A stretch of 64,000 nucleotides of DNA from Pirellulales bacterium (GCA_963733035.1 CAVTBU010000002.1:27273-91272), one strand, 5' to 3'; shown: positions 20,131 to 30,485, counted from the first letter of the stretch. Translations and numbers: made by a program. The notes: generated by a model not told the origin, from the sequence alone.

Positions 20131-20970
20131 CTACCGGGCTTTGCGAATATCAATCGAACTATTGCTGGTTGTCAATTCCAGTGAGAACTTAGGATCCTTG
20201 CCGACGACGCCGGACTTCTTCCGTCGACTGCGCGAGCCGTTGTCGTCAAAGTCAAAATCGCAATCAATTCGACCGTTGGAGGTCACTGCCTCGAAGCGGA
20301 ACTCGCTATCCTCGGGAAGCACGGCGTCGACGGGACCGTTCGACGTGGACAACTCGTGATCCCCGTTCGCCAGGCTCCCTTTAAAGCGGACGCCAGCATT
20401 TGACGTGCCGGCATCGACAACCGCGTCCTGCGCTTCAATCAAGATCGGACCGTTGCTCGTGCGGACGTCAATCCTTCCGCTTGCTTCGACGACGTCGACC
20501 TTGGCGTTCGACGTCTTGGCTTCGATGCTGCCGTGCATGCCTTCGCAAACGACATAGCCGTTGCTGCTCTTGAGTTCGACGGTTGACTCCGGCGGCGCGG
20601 CAATAACTACCGAAGCACCGCTGTCGCCGACCGTGTGGCCAATGCGTTTGATGTGAATGCGCACTTCATCGTCATCACCGGTCATCGTCACTTCAATAGC
20701 TTCCAAATTGGCCAATGCCGCCTTTTCGTCAAACCCACTGGCCCGCTTGATCACCTCGACGACGACCTCGTCCTGCTCTCCGTTGCTAATGTCGATCGAG
20801 CCGTTGAACGTTTCGACAATGATCTTTGGGTGGGGCCCGGTGGAAAAGACGTCGGCAACTGTTTCGCTGGCCCGATGCAGCGGCAAGTCGCACCCTTGGA
20901 GGTTCGTCACGAGGAGCAACAGGCCAAAGGCCGCAAGGATGTTTTGTAGGCTGGGTTGCAAGCGTGTCAT
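20131..20970 (-). CDS. DUF4097-like beta-strand repeat lipoprotein
   Basis: Lipobox-like LQGC; repeated TSNG.I/V motifs. Confidence 0.85.
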   Translation of the reverse strand: MTRLQPSLQNILAAFGLLLLVTNLQGCDLPLHRASETVADVFSTGPHPKIIVETFNGSIDISNGEQDEVVVEVIKRASGFDEKAALANLEAIEVTMTGDDDEVRIHIKRIGHTVGDSGASVVIAAPPESTVELKSSNGYVVCEGMHGSIEAKTSNAKVDVVEASGRIDVRTSNGPILIEAQDAVVDAGTSNAGVRFKGSLANGDHELSTSNGPVDAVLPEDSEFRFEAVTSNGRIDCDFDFDDNGSRSRRKKSGVVGKDPKFSLELTTSNSSIDIRKAR

Positions 20971-21201
20971 GGCAATGCCTCGATGCAAATACGGCAGAAT
21001 AGTTGTTCCCTTCAGGCGGTATTCGCTTGCCCCGCACCGTTCTTGGCACTTTCGGCAAATTTTCTTGCGGCCAGCCCATGCCGCTCCTAGCCGTTGCGGC
21101 CAACGAGCGATTGCCTGATATTAACACCTCGTCGCAGAACTCCCAAGTACCAGTGGGCATCGTCGCCCCGGGGCGCTCGAAAATCGCAGAAGGTGCCACA
21201 T

Positions 21202-22116
21202 ATGACCGAAGGTCGCGCCCTGGGCATTGATATTGGAGGCACGAAGATCGCCGTTGCCGCCATCGACCAGACGGGCACGATTCATGCCCAAGAGGCGTTC
21301 GCCACTGAAGCAGAACAAGGATTCGAGCGTGCCGCCGGGAGGATGGTCGAAATGGCCGACCGTGTGTTGTCGCTTGCCGGCTGGCGGCGCGAACAACTCT
21401 GCGGTGTGGGAGTCGGCTGTGCCGGACCGGTCAGCGCCGAGCGCGGCACAATCAATAACCCATACACGCTGCCGACATGGCACGATTGCGACATCGTTGG
21501 GCGACTTCGTCGCGAATTCGACCGGCCCGCCTATCTGGAAAACGACGCCGACGCCGCGGCATTGGGAGAGTGGTTCGCCGGCGCTGCGCGAGGGTCCAAC
21601 CGCGTGGTCATGCTTACGCTCGGCACCGGGGTCGGCGGCGGGGTGGTGATCGACGGTGAAGTCTATCGCGGCGCGGGAGGCGAGCATCCAGAGTTGGGGC
21701 ATATGCCCATCGCCGAGAGCGGCCCGGAATGCTACTGCGGCACGCGCGGATGCCTGGAGACCATCGCTTCGGGAACCGGAATCGCGCTGGCCGGCGCGTC
21801 AGCCGGGTGGTCCGCTAGCCGTGCTGTTTTCGAGGCAGCCGAGGGGGGCGATGCCGCGGCTTTGGCAATCATCGAGCGCGTTGGCGACGCGCTGGCGATG
21901 GCCACTTGGACCATTCTGCACACCTTTCTGCCGGAGGTGATCGTCCTGGGTGGCGGCATCGGAGACGTGCATTTCGAGCGGTTTGCACCCGCGATGGCAG
22001 CCCGGATTCCGTTGGCCACGATGGTACCCGCCGGGGGCACTCGCGTGGTCCGGGCCACGCTAGGCAATGATGCCGGGCTGGTGGGCGCGGCGAGTTTGGC
22101 ACTGCCAGCCCGATAG
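21202..22116 (+). CDS. ROK family sugar kinase (glucokinase-like)
   Basis: GIDIGGTK, ENDADAAALGE, TLGTGVGGG, ELGH, CYCGTRGCLE and GNDAGLVGAA motifs; no HTH. Confidence 0.92.
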   Translation: MTEGRALGIDIGGTKIAVAAIDQTGTIHAQEAFATEAEQGFERAAGRMVEMADRVLSLAGWRREQLCGVGVGCAGPVSAERGTINNPYTLPTWHDCDIVGRLRREFDRPAYLENDADAAALGEWFAGAARGSNRVVMLTLGTGVGGGVVIDGEVYRGAGGEHPELGHMPIAESGPECYCGTRGCLETIASGTGIALAGASAGWSASRAVFEAAEGGDAAALAIIERVGDALAMATWTILHTFLPEVIVLGGGIGDVHFERFAPAMAARIPLATMVPAGGTRVVRATLGNDAGLVGAASLALPAR

Positions 22117-22236
22117 AGAACGAGAAATGGAGAAATCGTCGCGCGGACCGATCGCATGCAGAGCGGCGAAAAATATCGAGTCCCAATTGTTGCCGGTTGG
22201 TCCGCCGGCGAGCGATGTGCGACGGAGAGGAGTGGG

Positions 22237-23826
22237 CTAGAGGTTAACCGACAAGAAAAGCAGGAACATGATCAGGATGACCAGGGCGATCGCGCCGCCG
22301 ACGCCCAGGGCCAGGACCATTCCCATCCGCGACAACATATTGTCGGACTGCGACTTGCCGGCGCAACCCAATGGGGCCGGCGGTAGTTGCTGTTCCGACG
22401 GAGGAAGGGCGGATGCCGTCAGCAACTCATCCATGAGGTCGTCTCCCCCGCCCAGGTCGACCTGAGGTACCGTCGGCGCTTTAGCAGCGCTTTGCACTCC
22501 CGATTTCGGCTTGCCGGCAGACGAGCCCTGTTTGATTCCCGACGACGATGCTCCTTTAAGTCCAGAACTTCCAGCCTTCCTGGCTCCGGACTTACCAGCC
22601 GCGGACTTTCCAGCCGCGGACTGGCTCGCGGCGGATTTGCTGGCTGCACTGCTCTGAGCGGCGGACTTGCCGGCCTGCGAGTCCTTCAGCTTCTTCTCGC
22701 GGCCGTTGAGTTCATCTTCGAGCGGTGCCAAGTCGAGGTTTTCGTTTAGCGACGGACCCGACGGCGGCGGCACCAGCGTGTCGCTGGAAATGCCCGAACC
22801 GCCCGTGTCGTAGCCGAGCCAGTCGGCCAGTGCCTGGGCCACCTCGTCGCCTGACTGAAACCGCTCGTCAAGGCTTTTGGCCATCATCTTGCTACAGATG
22901 GCAATCAATTCTTCCGGCGCGTCCGGGCGAAACTGCCGAATGTCGGTCGGTTCGGCCGACTGATGCTGCATCAGCCGCTGCGGGATCGTGCCTTGCGGGA
23001 AAGGGGAATCGCCCGTGAGCATGAAATACAGCGTGCAGCCCAGACTATAGATATCGGCCCGGGCATCGACCTTATGACTGTCGAGCGCCTGTTCCGGGGC
23101 GAGATAATCGACGGTCCCGATCATCTTTTGATCGTATGCCATCGTGAGCGAGCCTTGCGATTCGTCGGTGAACCGCGCGAGGCCCATATCCAGGATCTTG
23201 ACGGTGCCCTCTTTATCGACGAGTAGATTGGCAGGCTTGATGTCGCGGTGAATCAACCCCATGCGATGTGCGTAGCCCAAGCCCTCGGCGGCCTGACGCG
23301 TGTAATTGGCCGCCGTTTCGAACGGCAACGGACCGGTGCGACTGACGATGGCTTGGATATCGGTGCCGTCGACAAATTCCATTACCAGGTAATGGAAGTT
23401 CTCGTGCTGGTCGACGTCGAACGCGCGAATAATATTCGGATGCGACAGCGCCGCCGCGGCGCGAGCTTCCTGGTGGAAACGCTCGATGTACGATGACTGC
23501 GCCGCCAGGTGAGCCGGGAGCAGTTTGATGGCCACACGGTGACGCATGACCTGATGCTCGGCCAGATAGACCGAGCCCATTCCACCCGTGCCAATGTGGC
23601 TGAGCAGCTTGTACTTGCCGAGGTGGAAACCCTTGTGACGCCCCTGCAACAGCTTCTCGCTCTGCCATTCGGTCAACAGTCCGGCCTTGGTCAGGCAGGA
23701 TGCGACAATACCGCTATCCTTGACCGACTGGTCGACGCCCGAGAGCGCTTGGTTCAGCCGCTCATCGTCGACCAACCCACTGCGCTTGACCAGGTCTACG
23801 AACTGTTCGACCTTCAATTTGGCCAT
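22237..23826 (-). CDS. Membrane-anchored Hanks-type Ser/Thr protein kinase
   Basis: IGTGGMGSVY, VAIK, HRDIKPAN, DMG, GTVDYLAPE and DIYSLG motifs; planctomycete-type N-terminus (LLTEWQ); Ser/Ala/Lys linker; C-terminal TM helix. Confidence 0.95.
   Translation of the reverse strand: MAKLKVEQFVDLVKRSGLVDDERLNQALSGVDQSVKDSGIVASCLTKAGLLTEWQSEKLLQGRHKGFHLGKYKLLSHIGTGGMGSVYLAEHQVMRHRVAIKLLPAHLAAQSSYIERFHQEARAAAALSHPNIIRAFDVDQHENFHYLVMEFVDGTDIQAIVSRTGPLPFETAANYTRQAAEGLGYAHRMGLIHRDIKPANLLVDKEGTVKILDMGLARFTDESQGSLTMAYDQKMIGTVDYLAPEQALDSHKVDARADIYSLGCTLYFMLTGDSPFPQGTIPQRLMQHQSAEPTDIRQFRPDAPEELIAICSKMMAKSLDERFQSGDEVAQALADWLGYDTGGSGISSDTLVPPPSGPSLNENLDLAPLEDELNGREKKLKDSQAGKSAAQSSAASKSAASQSAAGKSAAGKSGARKAGSSGLKGASSSGIKQGSSAGKPKSGVQSAAKAPTVPQVDLGGGDDLMDELLTASALPPSEQQLPPAPLGCAGKSQSDNMLSRMGMVLALGVGGAIALVILIMFLLFLSVNL
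22591..22680 (-). repeat. 15-bp period tandem repeat encoding SAAGK-like pentapeptides in the kinase linker
   Basis: cttaccagccgcgga/ctttccagccgcgga/ctggctcgcggcgga..., translating to SQAGK SAAQS SAASK SAASQ SAAGK SAAGK. Confidence 0.7.
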
Positions 23827-24446
23827 CACTCACGAGTAAGAAAAAACGGCTTTTTTCTGCGATCATTATCATATCACGAATCCCCCGCGTGGGTAGACGA
23901 CGATCTTGCGTCACCGCCGAGCAGCCCAGGGGCACTGTGGTGGGGGATCCGAAGTTGTTCCGTGCAGCCGTGCCCGACCGGATATCTAGTATCTAAGATC
24001 GGACTTTTTCCTTCCCTGGAACGCCGGCTAAGTCTCCATCGCTTGGGAAATTCTTATCGGGTGCTGTCGCCCGCACCGCCGGTGGACCACGTACGGCCCC
24101 CCGGCTCGCAGCGCATGACCGCGTTTGTTATTTGAGACTGGTATTTGTTTGCGCGAACAGGCAAATTCCTCGACACGCTACTTGGGCAATTTTCCTTCGC
24201 CAACAATCAGCGGCACCGGCCTGATGAAATGTGATTTCCAAGGAGGATTCGCAGGTGTCGGCAGATCGTGCGCCACGAGCGAATCAGCAATCAATTCCTT
24301 CTCCTCCGTTGTTCATCAAGTCCGTCCTGGAGCAAGTAATACAAAGGGGATCGGGGAGGCCGGGAAATATCCGGATCATACCCGTAATGTCAATTCGGTC
24401 AAGTAATTGGGACGACGGGCAAAAGTTCTTTGCGCCGATCTGCAAA

Positions 24447-24935
24447 CTATCGTTCTGCTCCCCAGCCGGGCAGCGACCGCACACCACCCATGGCCGGAAC
24501 GGGACCTAGTTGGCGAATGCCAAAATTACGACGTGAATAAGGATACTGGCGCTGTCCATAATTATTGTAGCGCACCGGTCCCCACTGGCCCAATTCTGGA
24601 TAGCCCGACTGCGAGCCTCGGTACGAGTACACGCGATTGCGGCGCGAAGCGCGTAACTGCGCGTAGGTCTCAGGATCGTAGTTCACCCACTTGCCGTCGG
24701 ACCAATAGACCCATTTCTCACTCGGTAGCCAGTACCACCACATACCCTGGTGCTGACGATAGCGCCATTTTTCTCCGCCTTGGGTCGGCGTCTGATCGGT
24801 CTGACTATCCGCGGAGGCCGCGCTCGGGGCAGGCTCAGCCGGTTGCGGCGTCGCCGGCTCTTCGGCATTGGCCCTGGCAACGGCTACCAAACCCAACAGC
24901 GCCGTGATCGTCGCGGCAAACATGAGAGAGCGCAT
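24447..24935 (-). CDS. Secreted Trp/Tyr-rich hypothetical protein
   Basis: GGAGG RBS, signal peptide, Pro/Ala linker, WRYRQHQGMWWYWLPSEKWVYWSDGKWVNY motif. Confidence 0.8.
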   Translation of the reverse strand: MRSLMFAATITALLGLVAVARANAEEPATPQPAEPAPSAASADSQTDQTPTQGGEKWRYRQHQGMWWYWLPSEKWVYWSDGKWVNYDPETYAQLRASRRNRVYSYRGSQSGYPELGQWGPVRYNNYGQRQYPYSRRNFGIRQLGPVPAMGGVRSLPGWGAER

Positions 24936-25309
24936 TGAAATTCCTCCAGTCTTGGAGTTGCAAGTTCGTATTTCTCGCCACATTCCATTATCTCCTACTC
25001 CAGGTTCCCGGGCAAAAAAGCTGCGTGGCGGGACCCCGGATTCGCGGAAACGTCACACTTCGGCGACCGCGTTGCCGATGCATGCCCGGGGGACAATCGG
25101 GGCTGTGCTGCCCACCTGATCAACCGGCACAGGTTGTCGCGCGGGGCTGTCTAAGGTGTTCTTGGACAGGCGATTAAGGAAAAACCCGTGCCCCGCGTGA
25201 GCTGTCGCCCCTCAGCCGGGCCATAGTTGCCGCATCTCGAATCCCGATACACAAACCAGGGCCTTTCGACGTCGCGGCAGGCCAGTTGCACCCCTGGAAA
25301 CGACCGCCG

Positions 25310-25762
25310 ATGTCGACTGCAACCAAACCCGAGATGCGTCGGATGCTGGTGTTCACCGCGGTGGGCGCGGTGAATACCGTGATCTGTTTCGTGGTGTATG
25401 CCGCACTCGTGGAGTTGGGCTGGCACTATAACCTGGCGCTGTTTGTCGATTACGGGTTTGGCGCAATCTTTGGCTACGCGCTCCATCGCGTGGCCACCTT
25501 TTCCGACCGCACGCACCTGCGGCTGGCGTTCGGCAAGTATGCCGTGACGCTGGCGATCATGTTGATGGTCAACTTTGCGGTTCTCGATGCGCTCGTTGCC
25601 GGCGCTTGGTTGTCGCCGCTGGCGGCGCAAGCGGTGGCCCTGGTCGTGGCCACGTCGGTCAGTTACCGCTTGCAAACCCATTGGGTTTTCCGATCACACG
25701 AACGACCCGATTCGACGACCATTGCGGCCGGCCAGGAATTCTCGGATCGGCGCGCCGCTTGA
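25310..25762 (+). CDS. GtrA family membrane protein
   Basis: F..VGAVNT motif, four TM segments, WVF terminal motif. Confidence 0.85.
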   Translation: MSTATKPEMRRMLVFTAVGAVNTVICFVVYAALVELGWHYNLALFVDYGFGAIFGYALHRVATFSDRTHLRLAFGKYAVTLAIMLMVNFAVLDALVAGAWLSPLAAQAVALVVATSVSYRLQTHWVFRSHERPDSTTIAAGQEFSDRRAA

Positions 25763-25778
25763 TCGGCCCGTAAACGAC

Positions 25779-25815
25779 GCGAGGCAACCGGCGCCCACGG
25801 GCACGGCTGCCTCGC
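25779..25815. terminator. Hairpin between convergent genes (possible bidirectional terminator)
   Basis: GCGAGGCA...GCCC-AC-GGGC...TGCCTCGC inverted repeat; no strong U-tract. Confidence 0.4.
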
Positions 25816-25858
25816 CTGAAATCTCCTGTGGCACGCAAAAAACTTGCGTACGCTGGCG

Positions 25859-26140
25859 CTACTTCAGGTCTTCCTTGGCCTTTTCGGCTTCGTCCTTGGC
25901 GTCTTCGGCGGCGTCTTTCACGGCGTCGCCGGCGTCTTCGGCGGCCTTCTTGGCAGCTTCGGCGGCGTCTTCAGCCCCCTTCGCCGCTTCCTTGCCAGCT
26001 TCGACCGCGGCGTCACCAGCCGCTTCGGTCGCTTCCTTGACTTCCTCGGCGGCATCGGTAGCCGCCTTCTTCGACTCGCTGCAACCGACGGCCAGCGGAG
26101 CCACGGCCACCAGCGCCAGCAAAACCCAAAACTTCTTCAT
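25859..26140 (-). CDS. Small Ala/Glu/Asp/Lys-rich lipoprotein with 11-mer helical repeats (LEA-like)
   Basis: GGAGG RBS, MKK plus hydrophobic stretch plus LAVGC lipobox; repeats EAAKGAEDAAE/AAKKAAEDAGD/AVKDAAEDAKD. Confidence 0.85.
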   Translation of the reverse strand: MKKFWVLLALVAVAPLAVGCSESKKAATDAAEEVKEATEAAGDAAVEAGKEAAKGAEDAAEAAKKAAEDAGDAVKDAAEDAKDEAEKAKEDLK

Positions 26141-26299
26141 CGCGGAATCCTCCGAGCGGACAAACCCAAAACAGCGACCGCCAAGCCCCCTGGCCCGGCA
26201 CGATACGTAAATCTACATCATGGGCCGCTCGAAGTGAGGACATAATGATCCGTAAGATCGCTCCAGCCGGCACGCGTGGCGACGATCAACTACCACAAT

Positions 26300-27385
26300 T
26301 CAGCCGACATGCCGCAACAGCGTCACACGCCCCGTGGGAACCCATTCCACCACAAAGATATTTCCATCCTTGTCGTAGCAGGCGTCGTGGGGGTGGATGA
26401 AGCGGCCGGCTTGCCAGCGCTCAGGCTGGGTGCGCATTACGAGCTTGCCGCCGTTGAGAACCTGATCGGTCCACGACTGGTCGTAGCCCAGGTGCGTGAT
26501 TACTTCGTTGTTGTCGTCCATGATCGTGACGCGGGCGTGCAAGTCGGGGACCAGTAGCTCGCTGCCGCGGATGTCGAAGTGGGCCGGGAAACTCACGCCC
26601 TCAACGATCTTGATAAACTCGCCGTCGAGCGTGAAGTACTGCAGCCGGGCGTTGGCGCGGTCGGCCACCACGAGCGCCACGTCGTGGCCAGGGCGATTGT
26701 CGAGCCAGATGCCATGCGGCGTGCGCATCTTTCCCGGTTCGGTCCCGGCGCCGCCCCAGGTGCGAATCCACTTGGCATCTTTGTCGTACTGGTGGATATA
26801 GCTGGAGCCGTAGCCGTCGGCCACGTAGAACCCGCCGTCGGGCGCGAAGGCCACGTTCGTTGGATTGAACTGCTTGAGGTCCTGATAAACGCCGGCCTCT
26901 TCCGGAAAGTGCATTTTCCAAAGTTGCTCGCCGGTGAGCGTTGCCTTGGCCACCATGCGATTCTTGACATCGCACAGGTAGAGGAACTCCTCGCCATCCT
27001 CCTTACGGATGTCGATGCCGTGTCCGCCGCCGGAGTACTCCTTGCCGAACGAGCGAACGCACTTGCCGTCTCGATCGAACACGACGATCGAGTCCATCGG
27101 CTCGGCGACCATCGTGCGGTGCTTGATATAGATCAGCCCGTTCTCGTCGACGGCCACGCCATGCGTTTCGCCCCACACCACCTCGGCCGGCAACTCGCCC
27201 CAGCCGTGAATCGCCTCGTAGGTGTGCTCACCGCTCCCCAGCACCGGCAGCTTGCTGCCCGACTTGTCGTCAGCCCGCAAAATCGTAGGCAGCGTGGTGG
27301 TCGCCAGTGCCGCGGCGGCCGACGTTTTCAAAAAAGCGCGACGCGAAGCGGCGGTGGGATTCGAGTTCGGCTTGTCGGACGACAT
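26300..27385 (-). CDS. Tat-exported NHL-repeat protein, peptidyl-alpha-hydroxyglycine amidating lyase (PAL)-like
   Basis: SRRAFLK Tat motif; GHGI, VADGYG, PHGI, VADRAN and PHDA motifs. Confidence 0.85.
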   Translation of the reverse strand: MSSDKPNSNPTAASRRAFLKTSAAAALATTTLPTILRADDKSGSKLPVLGSGEHTYEAIHGWGELPAEVVWGETHGVAVDENGLIYIKHRTMVAEPMDSIVVFDRDGKCVRSFGKEYSGGGHGIDIRKEDGEEFLYLCDVKNRMVAKATLTGEQLWKMHFPEEAGVYQDLKQFNPTNVAFAPDGGFYVADGYGSSYIHQYDKDAKWIRTWGGAGTEPGKMRTPHGIWLDNRPGHDVALVVADRANARLQYFTLDGEFIKIVEGVSFPAHFDIRGSELLVPDLHARVTIMDDNNEVITHLGYDQSWTDQVLNGGKLVMRTQPERWQAGRFIHPHDACYDKDGNIFVVEWVPTGRVTLLRHVG

Positions 27386-27481
27386 GGCAGGCTCCTGGTT
27401 GGCAGTTTGGGGAGGAAGGCCGGTTCGCCTCCCATGATACTCGATGGCAACCGGCGGGCTCAATCGGCACCAACGGTGAAT

Positions 27482-28390
27482 TCAATGGCCAGCCGAAGAG
27501 CCCGAGGACTTCAAGTCCGCGATTTCCGCCCAGGTGGGAATCGAATCCATCGCGCCCGGCCGGGTTACACAGATGGCTGCGGCGCGACTGGCAGTGCTCA
27601 GGCATTCTTCGTTCGACCGGCCGCGCAGGCGGGCCGCCAGGAAGTAGCCAAGGAACGTATCGCCGGCAGCCGTGGTGTCGACGGCGTTTACTTTGCAGGC
27701 GGGCACGCGAAGCTCGCTATCGCTTTCCTCCGCGTCAATTTCCCAATATCGCAGCACGCTCCCTTCTTGGCCCAGCGTGACCAATAGTTCGCACTCGTCC
27801 AATTGTTCGATCAGCCCGTCTTCGAACGCTCTCCACTCCGATCGATTCGCGCAGAGGAGATCGACCAATGCGAGCGGATAGCGGCTGACTCGACGATCCA
27901 GCGGAGCCGGATTGAACGCCACGTACATTCCGCGCGCGTTGGCAACTTCGATCGCATGGCCCACGCCGCTGGTTTCGTTCTGCGCCAGCAGCCACGAGCC
28001 CGGCTGCGCATCCCTCAGTGCCTCATCGATTTCGGCCGGCGTGATCTCGGCATTCGCCCCGGCCAACAGCACGATGGAATTCTGTCCGCCGTTGTCCACC
28101 TGGATGATCGCCTGCCCCGTCGGCGAGTCGCCAACCAGTATGCCGCGCGTATCCACCCCCTCGGCCGCCAGCTTGTCGCGCAGCCACAAACCGTCAGCAC
28201 CAATTTTGCCGATGTGCACCACCCGCGCCCCGGCACGGGCGAGCGCGACCGATTGGTTGGCCCCCTTGCCCCCGGCAAATTGGGCCAGCGACGTCGCGGC
28301 GATCGTCTCGCCAGGCTGCACGATGTGCGGCACGCGAAATACGCGGTCGATGTTTAGCGATCCCAGGTTGTAGACTGTCGGCGAAATCAT
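27482..28390 (-). CDS. rbsK: Ribokinase (PfkB family)
   Basis: GSLNID, GGKGANQ, QNE, NPAP, VTLG and DTTAAGDTF motifs; ATGA overlap with the upstream gene. Confidence 0.85.
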   Translation of the reverse strand: MISPTVYNLGSLNIDRVFRVPHIVQPGETIAATSLAQFAGGKGANQSVALARAGARVVHIGKIGADGLWLRDKLAAEGVDTRGILVGDSPTGQAIIQVDNGGQNSIVLLAGANAEITPAEIDEALRDAQPGSWLLAQNETSGVGHAIEVANARGMYVAFNPAPLDRRVSRYPLALVDLLCANRSEWRAFEDGLIEQLDECELLVTLGQEGSVLRYWEIDAEESDSELRVPACKVNAVDTTAAGDTFLGYFLAARLRGRSNEECLSTASRAAAICVTRPGAMDSIPTWAEIADLKSSGSSAGH

Positions 28391-29319
28391 TGCGACTGGG
28401 ACCAAAACAGATCGACCGTCTCGTGTGTGGTGTAGAGCCGCCACCGCTGGCCGTCGAACAACACCTGGCCGCTCGACTTGTCGCGCACCAGCGGGTTGCC
28501 CGCGTATTTCTCCCAGTGCACTAGGTCGCTCGAGCGGGCCACGTTCGTGTTCCACTCCGAACGAGGCCGTGCCGTGCCGTGGTAGTAGGCGTAGTACTGC
28601 CCGCCGAGTTTGATCACCTGGTTGAGCGCGATCATGTGCCGATCGTGCTCCTCGGGACCTGGAACGATAATCGGCTGGTCGCTCACGTTCGTCCAGGTTT
28701 TCAAGTCCGTCGACGTAGCCAACCAAATGCCGGTATCGATTCGCTCATAGAACAGGTACCAGGTGCCGTTTTCAATCCACACCGTCGGCGTGCCGAATGG
28801 ACCGGGCGAGAGCGGCTTGCCGTTGGTGTAGCGAATGTCAAGCGTGCCTTGCGGCTGCCAATGCACGCGGTCCGTGGAGGTGAGCCAGTGCGCGCGATCC
28901 TGCTCCCCTTCGGCGAACATGTAGTACGTGTCGCCGTGATGGACGACCATCATGTCTTCCACCCACACGCCAGCGAGCAGCGGCTCATCGGAATAGCGCT
29001 GCCAGTGGATGCCGTCGTTGCTGGTCGCGTAGCCAAGTTGCTTAATCCCCGCGCGCGTGCCGTCGTAGCCGGTGTACCAGAGATGCCAGCTGTCGCCTTC
29101 GCGCAAAATCCAGCCGCGTTCGCGAATTTTGGCATCCCATTGTCCGGGCCCCGCGCCGGTAAATAGTGGGTTGTGCACGTCGGGCGTGAACGAAACCAAC
29201 TCGCGCGGAAACCCGTCCGGGGTCTGGCTGCTGGTCGTCTGGCGCAAACCAACCAACAGTGCGGCCAGCGCGGCGCAGAGGATCAACAGTGACTTGAGGG
29301 AGGTGGTGCGACGCACCAT
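28387..29319 (-). CDS. Secreted five-bladed beta-propeller glycosidase-like protein (GH32/43/130-like)
   Basis: N-terminal TM/signal; repeated WHLWYTGY, YATSNDGIHW, ATSTDLKTW and ARSSDLVHWEKY.GNP blades. Confidence 0.8.
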   Translation of the reverse strand: MVRRTTSLKSLLILCAALAALLVGLRQTTSSQTPDGFPRELVSFTPDVHNPLFTGAGPGQWDAKIRERGWILREGDSWHLWYTGYDGTRAGIKQLGYATSNDGIHWQRYSDEPLLAGVWVEDMMVVHHGDTYYMFAEGEQDRAHWLTSTDRVHWQPQGTLDIRYTNGKPLSPGPFGTPTVWIENGTWYLFYERIDTGIWLATSTDLKTWTNVSDQPIIVPGPEEHDRHMIALNQVIKLGGQYYAYYHGTARPRSEWNTNVARSSDLVHWEKYAGNPLVRDKSSGQVLFDGQRWRLYTTHETVDLFWSQSQ

Positions 29320-29528
29320 GATGTAACAGCTCCGGCGCAAGCAGAACAGCCAGCGGCCCTTTATCATACTCCTTTTTTGTCGGGATTGTCGCGAACCCAA
29401 GCGCCAGGAGGTGTGTCGGGGAAACGGTTACCACTCGACCGCGCCCTGCCGCCGCACTAAAATCGCCGGTTTCCGTTGGCGGCGTTGCCGCTCTTGGCAC
29501 TTGGATTCTTTTTGTACGAAGGAACGGG

Positions 29529-30485
29529 ATGTCGCTGGCAATCCGCTGCTCCAACCTGGTCAAACGCTACGATGGCCGACCGCCGGTCGACGCCGTGCGC
29601 GGCCTTGATCTGCATGTCGAGCGGGGCGAATGCTTTGGCCTGCTGGGCCCGAACGGTGCCGGCAAGACGACGACCATCGAGATCCTCGAAGGCCTCCTTA
29701 AGCCCACTTCCGGCGAAGTCGAGATTCTGGGCTGGCACTGGGGAAAGTCCGACAACGAGATTCGCCAGCGGATCGGTATCTCGCTGCAGGAAACGCGGCT
29801 CTCCGAAAAACTCACGGTGCTGGAAACTCTGCGGCTATTCCGTAGTTTCTATCGCGAGGGTCCCGAGCCGCGCGAAACGCTGGCCCGAGTGTCGCTCGAA
29901 GAAAAGGCCGACGCCCGCGTGGGCAAACTATCGGGCGGGCAGAAACAGCGTTTGGCCGTGGCCTGCGCGCTAGTCGGCAACCCAGAGCTTTTGTTTCTGG
30001 ACGAGCCGACGACAGGACTCGACCCCAATTCGCGCCGGCAACTATGGGATATCATTCGCGAAATCCGCGCGGGCGGCCGCACCGTGTTGATCACGACGCA
30101 CTACATGGACGAAGCCGAACGGCTCTGCGATCGGGTAGCGATTGTCGATCAGGGCAAGGTGATCGCGCTGGGCACGCCACGCGAACTAATTGCCAGCCTG
30201 GGCGGCGAACACGTCATCGAGTGCTCGCTGGAGGGAAACGGAAAGGCCAACACGATCGATCCACAAGCCCTGGCCGATTTGCCGACCGTCAGCGAAGTGC
30301 GTCGCGAAAACAGCCACATGAGTCTATCGGTCGGCGAGCCACACGTGGTGTTGCCCGCCCTCTTGAATCGACTCGACGAGTTGCACTGCCAGCTAACCAG
30401 CCTCACGACGAGGCATGCCAGCCTGGAGGACGTATTTGTCAAACTCGCCGGCCGACATCTTGACGACCAGGTGCAAACGCCATGA
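29529..30485 (+). CDS. ABC transporter ATP-binding protein (exporter type)
   Basis: GPNGAGKTT, LSGGQKQR, LFLDEPT and TTHY motifs. Confidence 0.95.
   Translation: MSLAIRCSNLVKRYDGRPPVDAVRGLDLHVERGECFGLLGPNGAGKTTTIEILEGLLKPTSGEVEILGWHWGKSDNEIRQRIGISLQETRLSEKLTVLETLRLFRSFYREGPEPRETLARVSLEEKADARVGKLSGGQKQRLAVACALVGNPELLFLDEPTTGLDPNSRRQLWDIIREIRAGGRTVLITTHYMDEAERLCDRVAIVDQGKVIALGTPRELIASLGGEHVIECSLEGNGKANTIDPQALADLPTVSEVRRENSHMSLSVGEPHVVLPALLNRLDELHCQLTSLTTRHASLEDVFVKLAGRHLDDQVQTP

Noticed and set aside
22591..22680. Regularly spaced repeats considered as a CRISPR-like array
   Set aside because: 15-bp in-frame coding repeats with no unique spacers and no cas genes.
24216..24260. CTGATGA hammerhead-like core in the kinase upstream region
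   Set aside because: No stem II closed by GAAA and no compatible flanking stems.
26300..26310. The PAL-like protein itself ends in Gly (possible self-amidation substrate)
   Set aside because: A single terminal Gly is common by chance; no supporting evidence.
26579..27787. Long antisense or alternative-frame ORFs (e.g. 26579-27787 +, 44454-45500 -, 11062-11895 -, 50216-51163 +)
   Set aside because: They shadow well-supported genes, lack motifs, and are expected from GC-rich codon bias with few stop codons.
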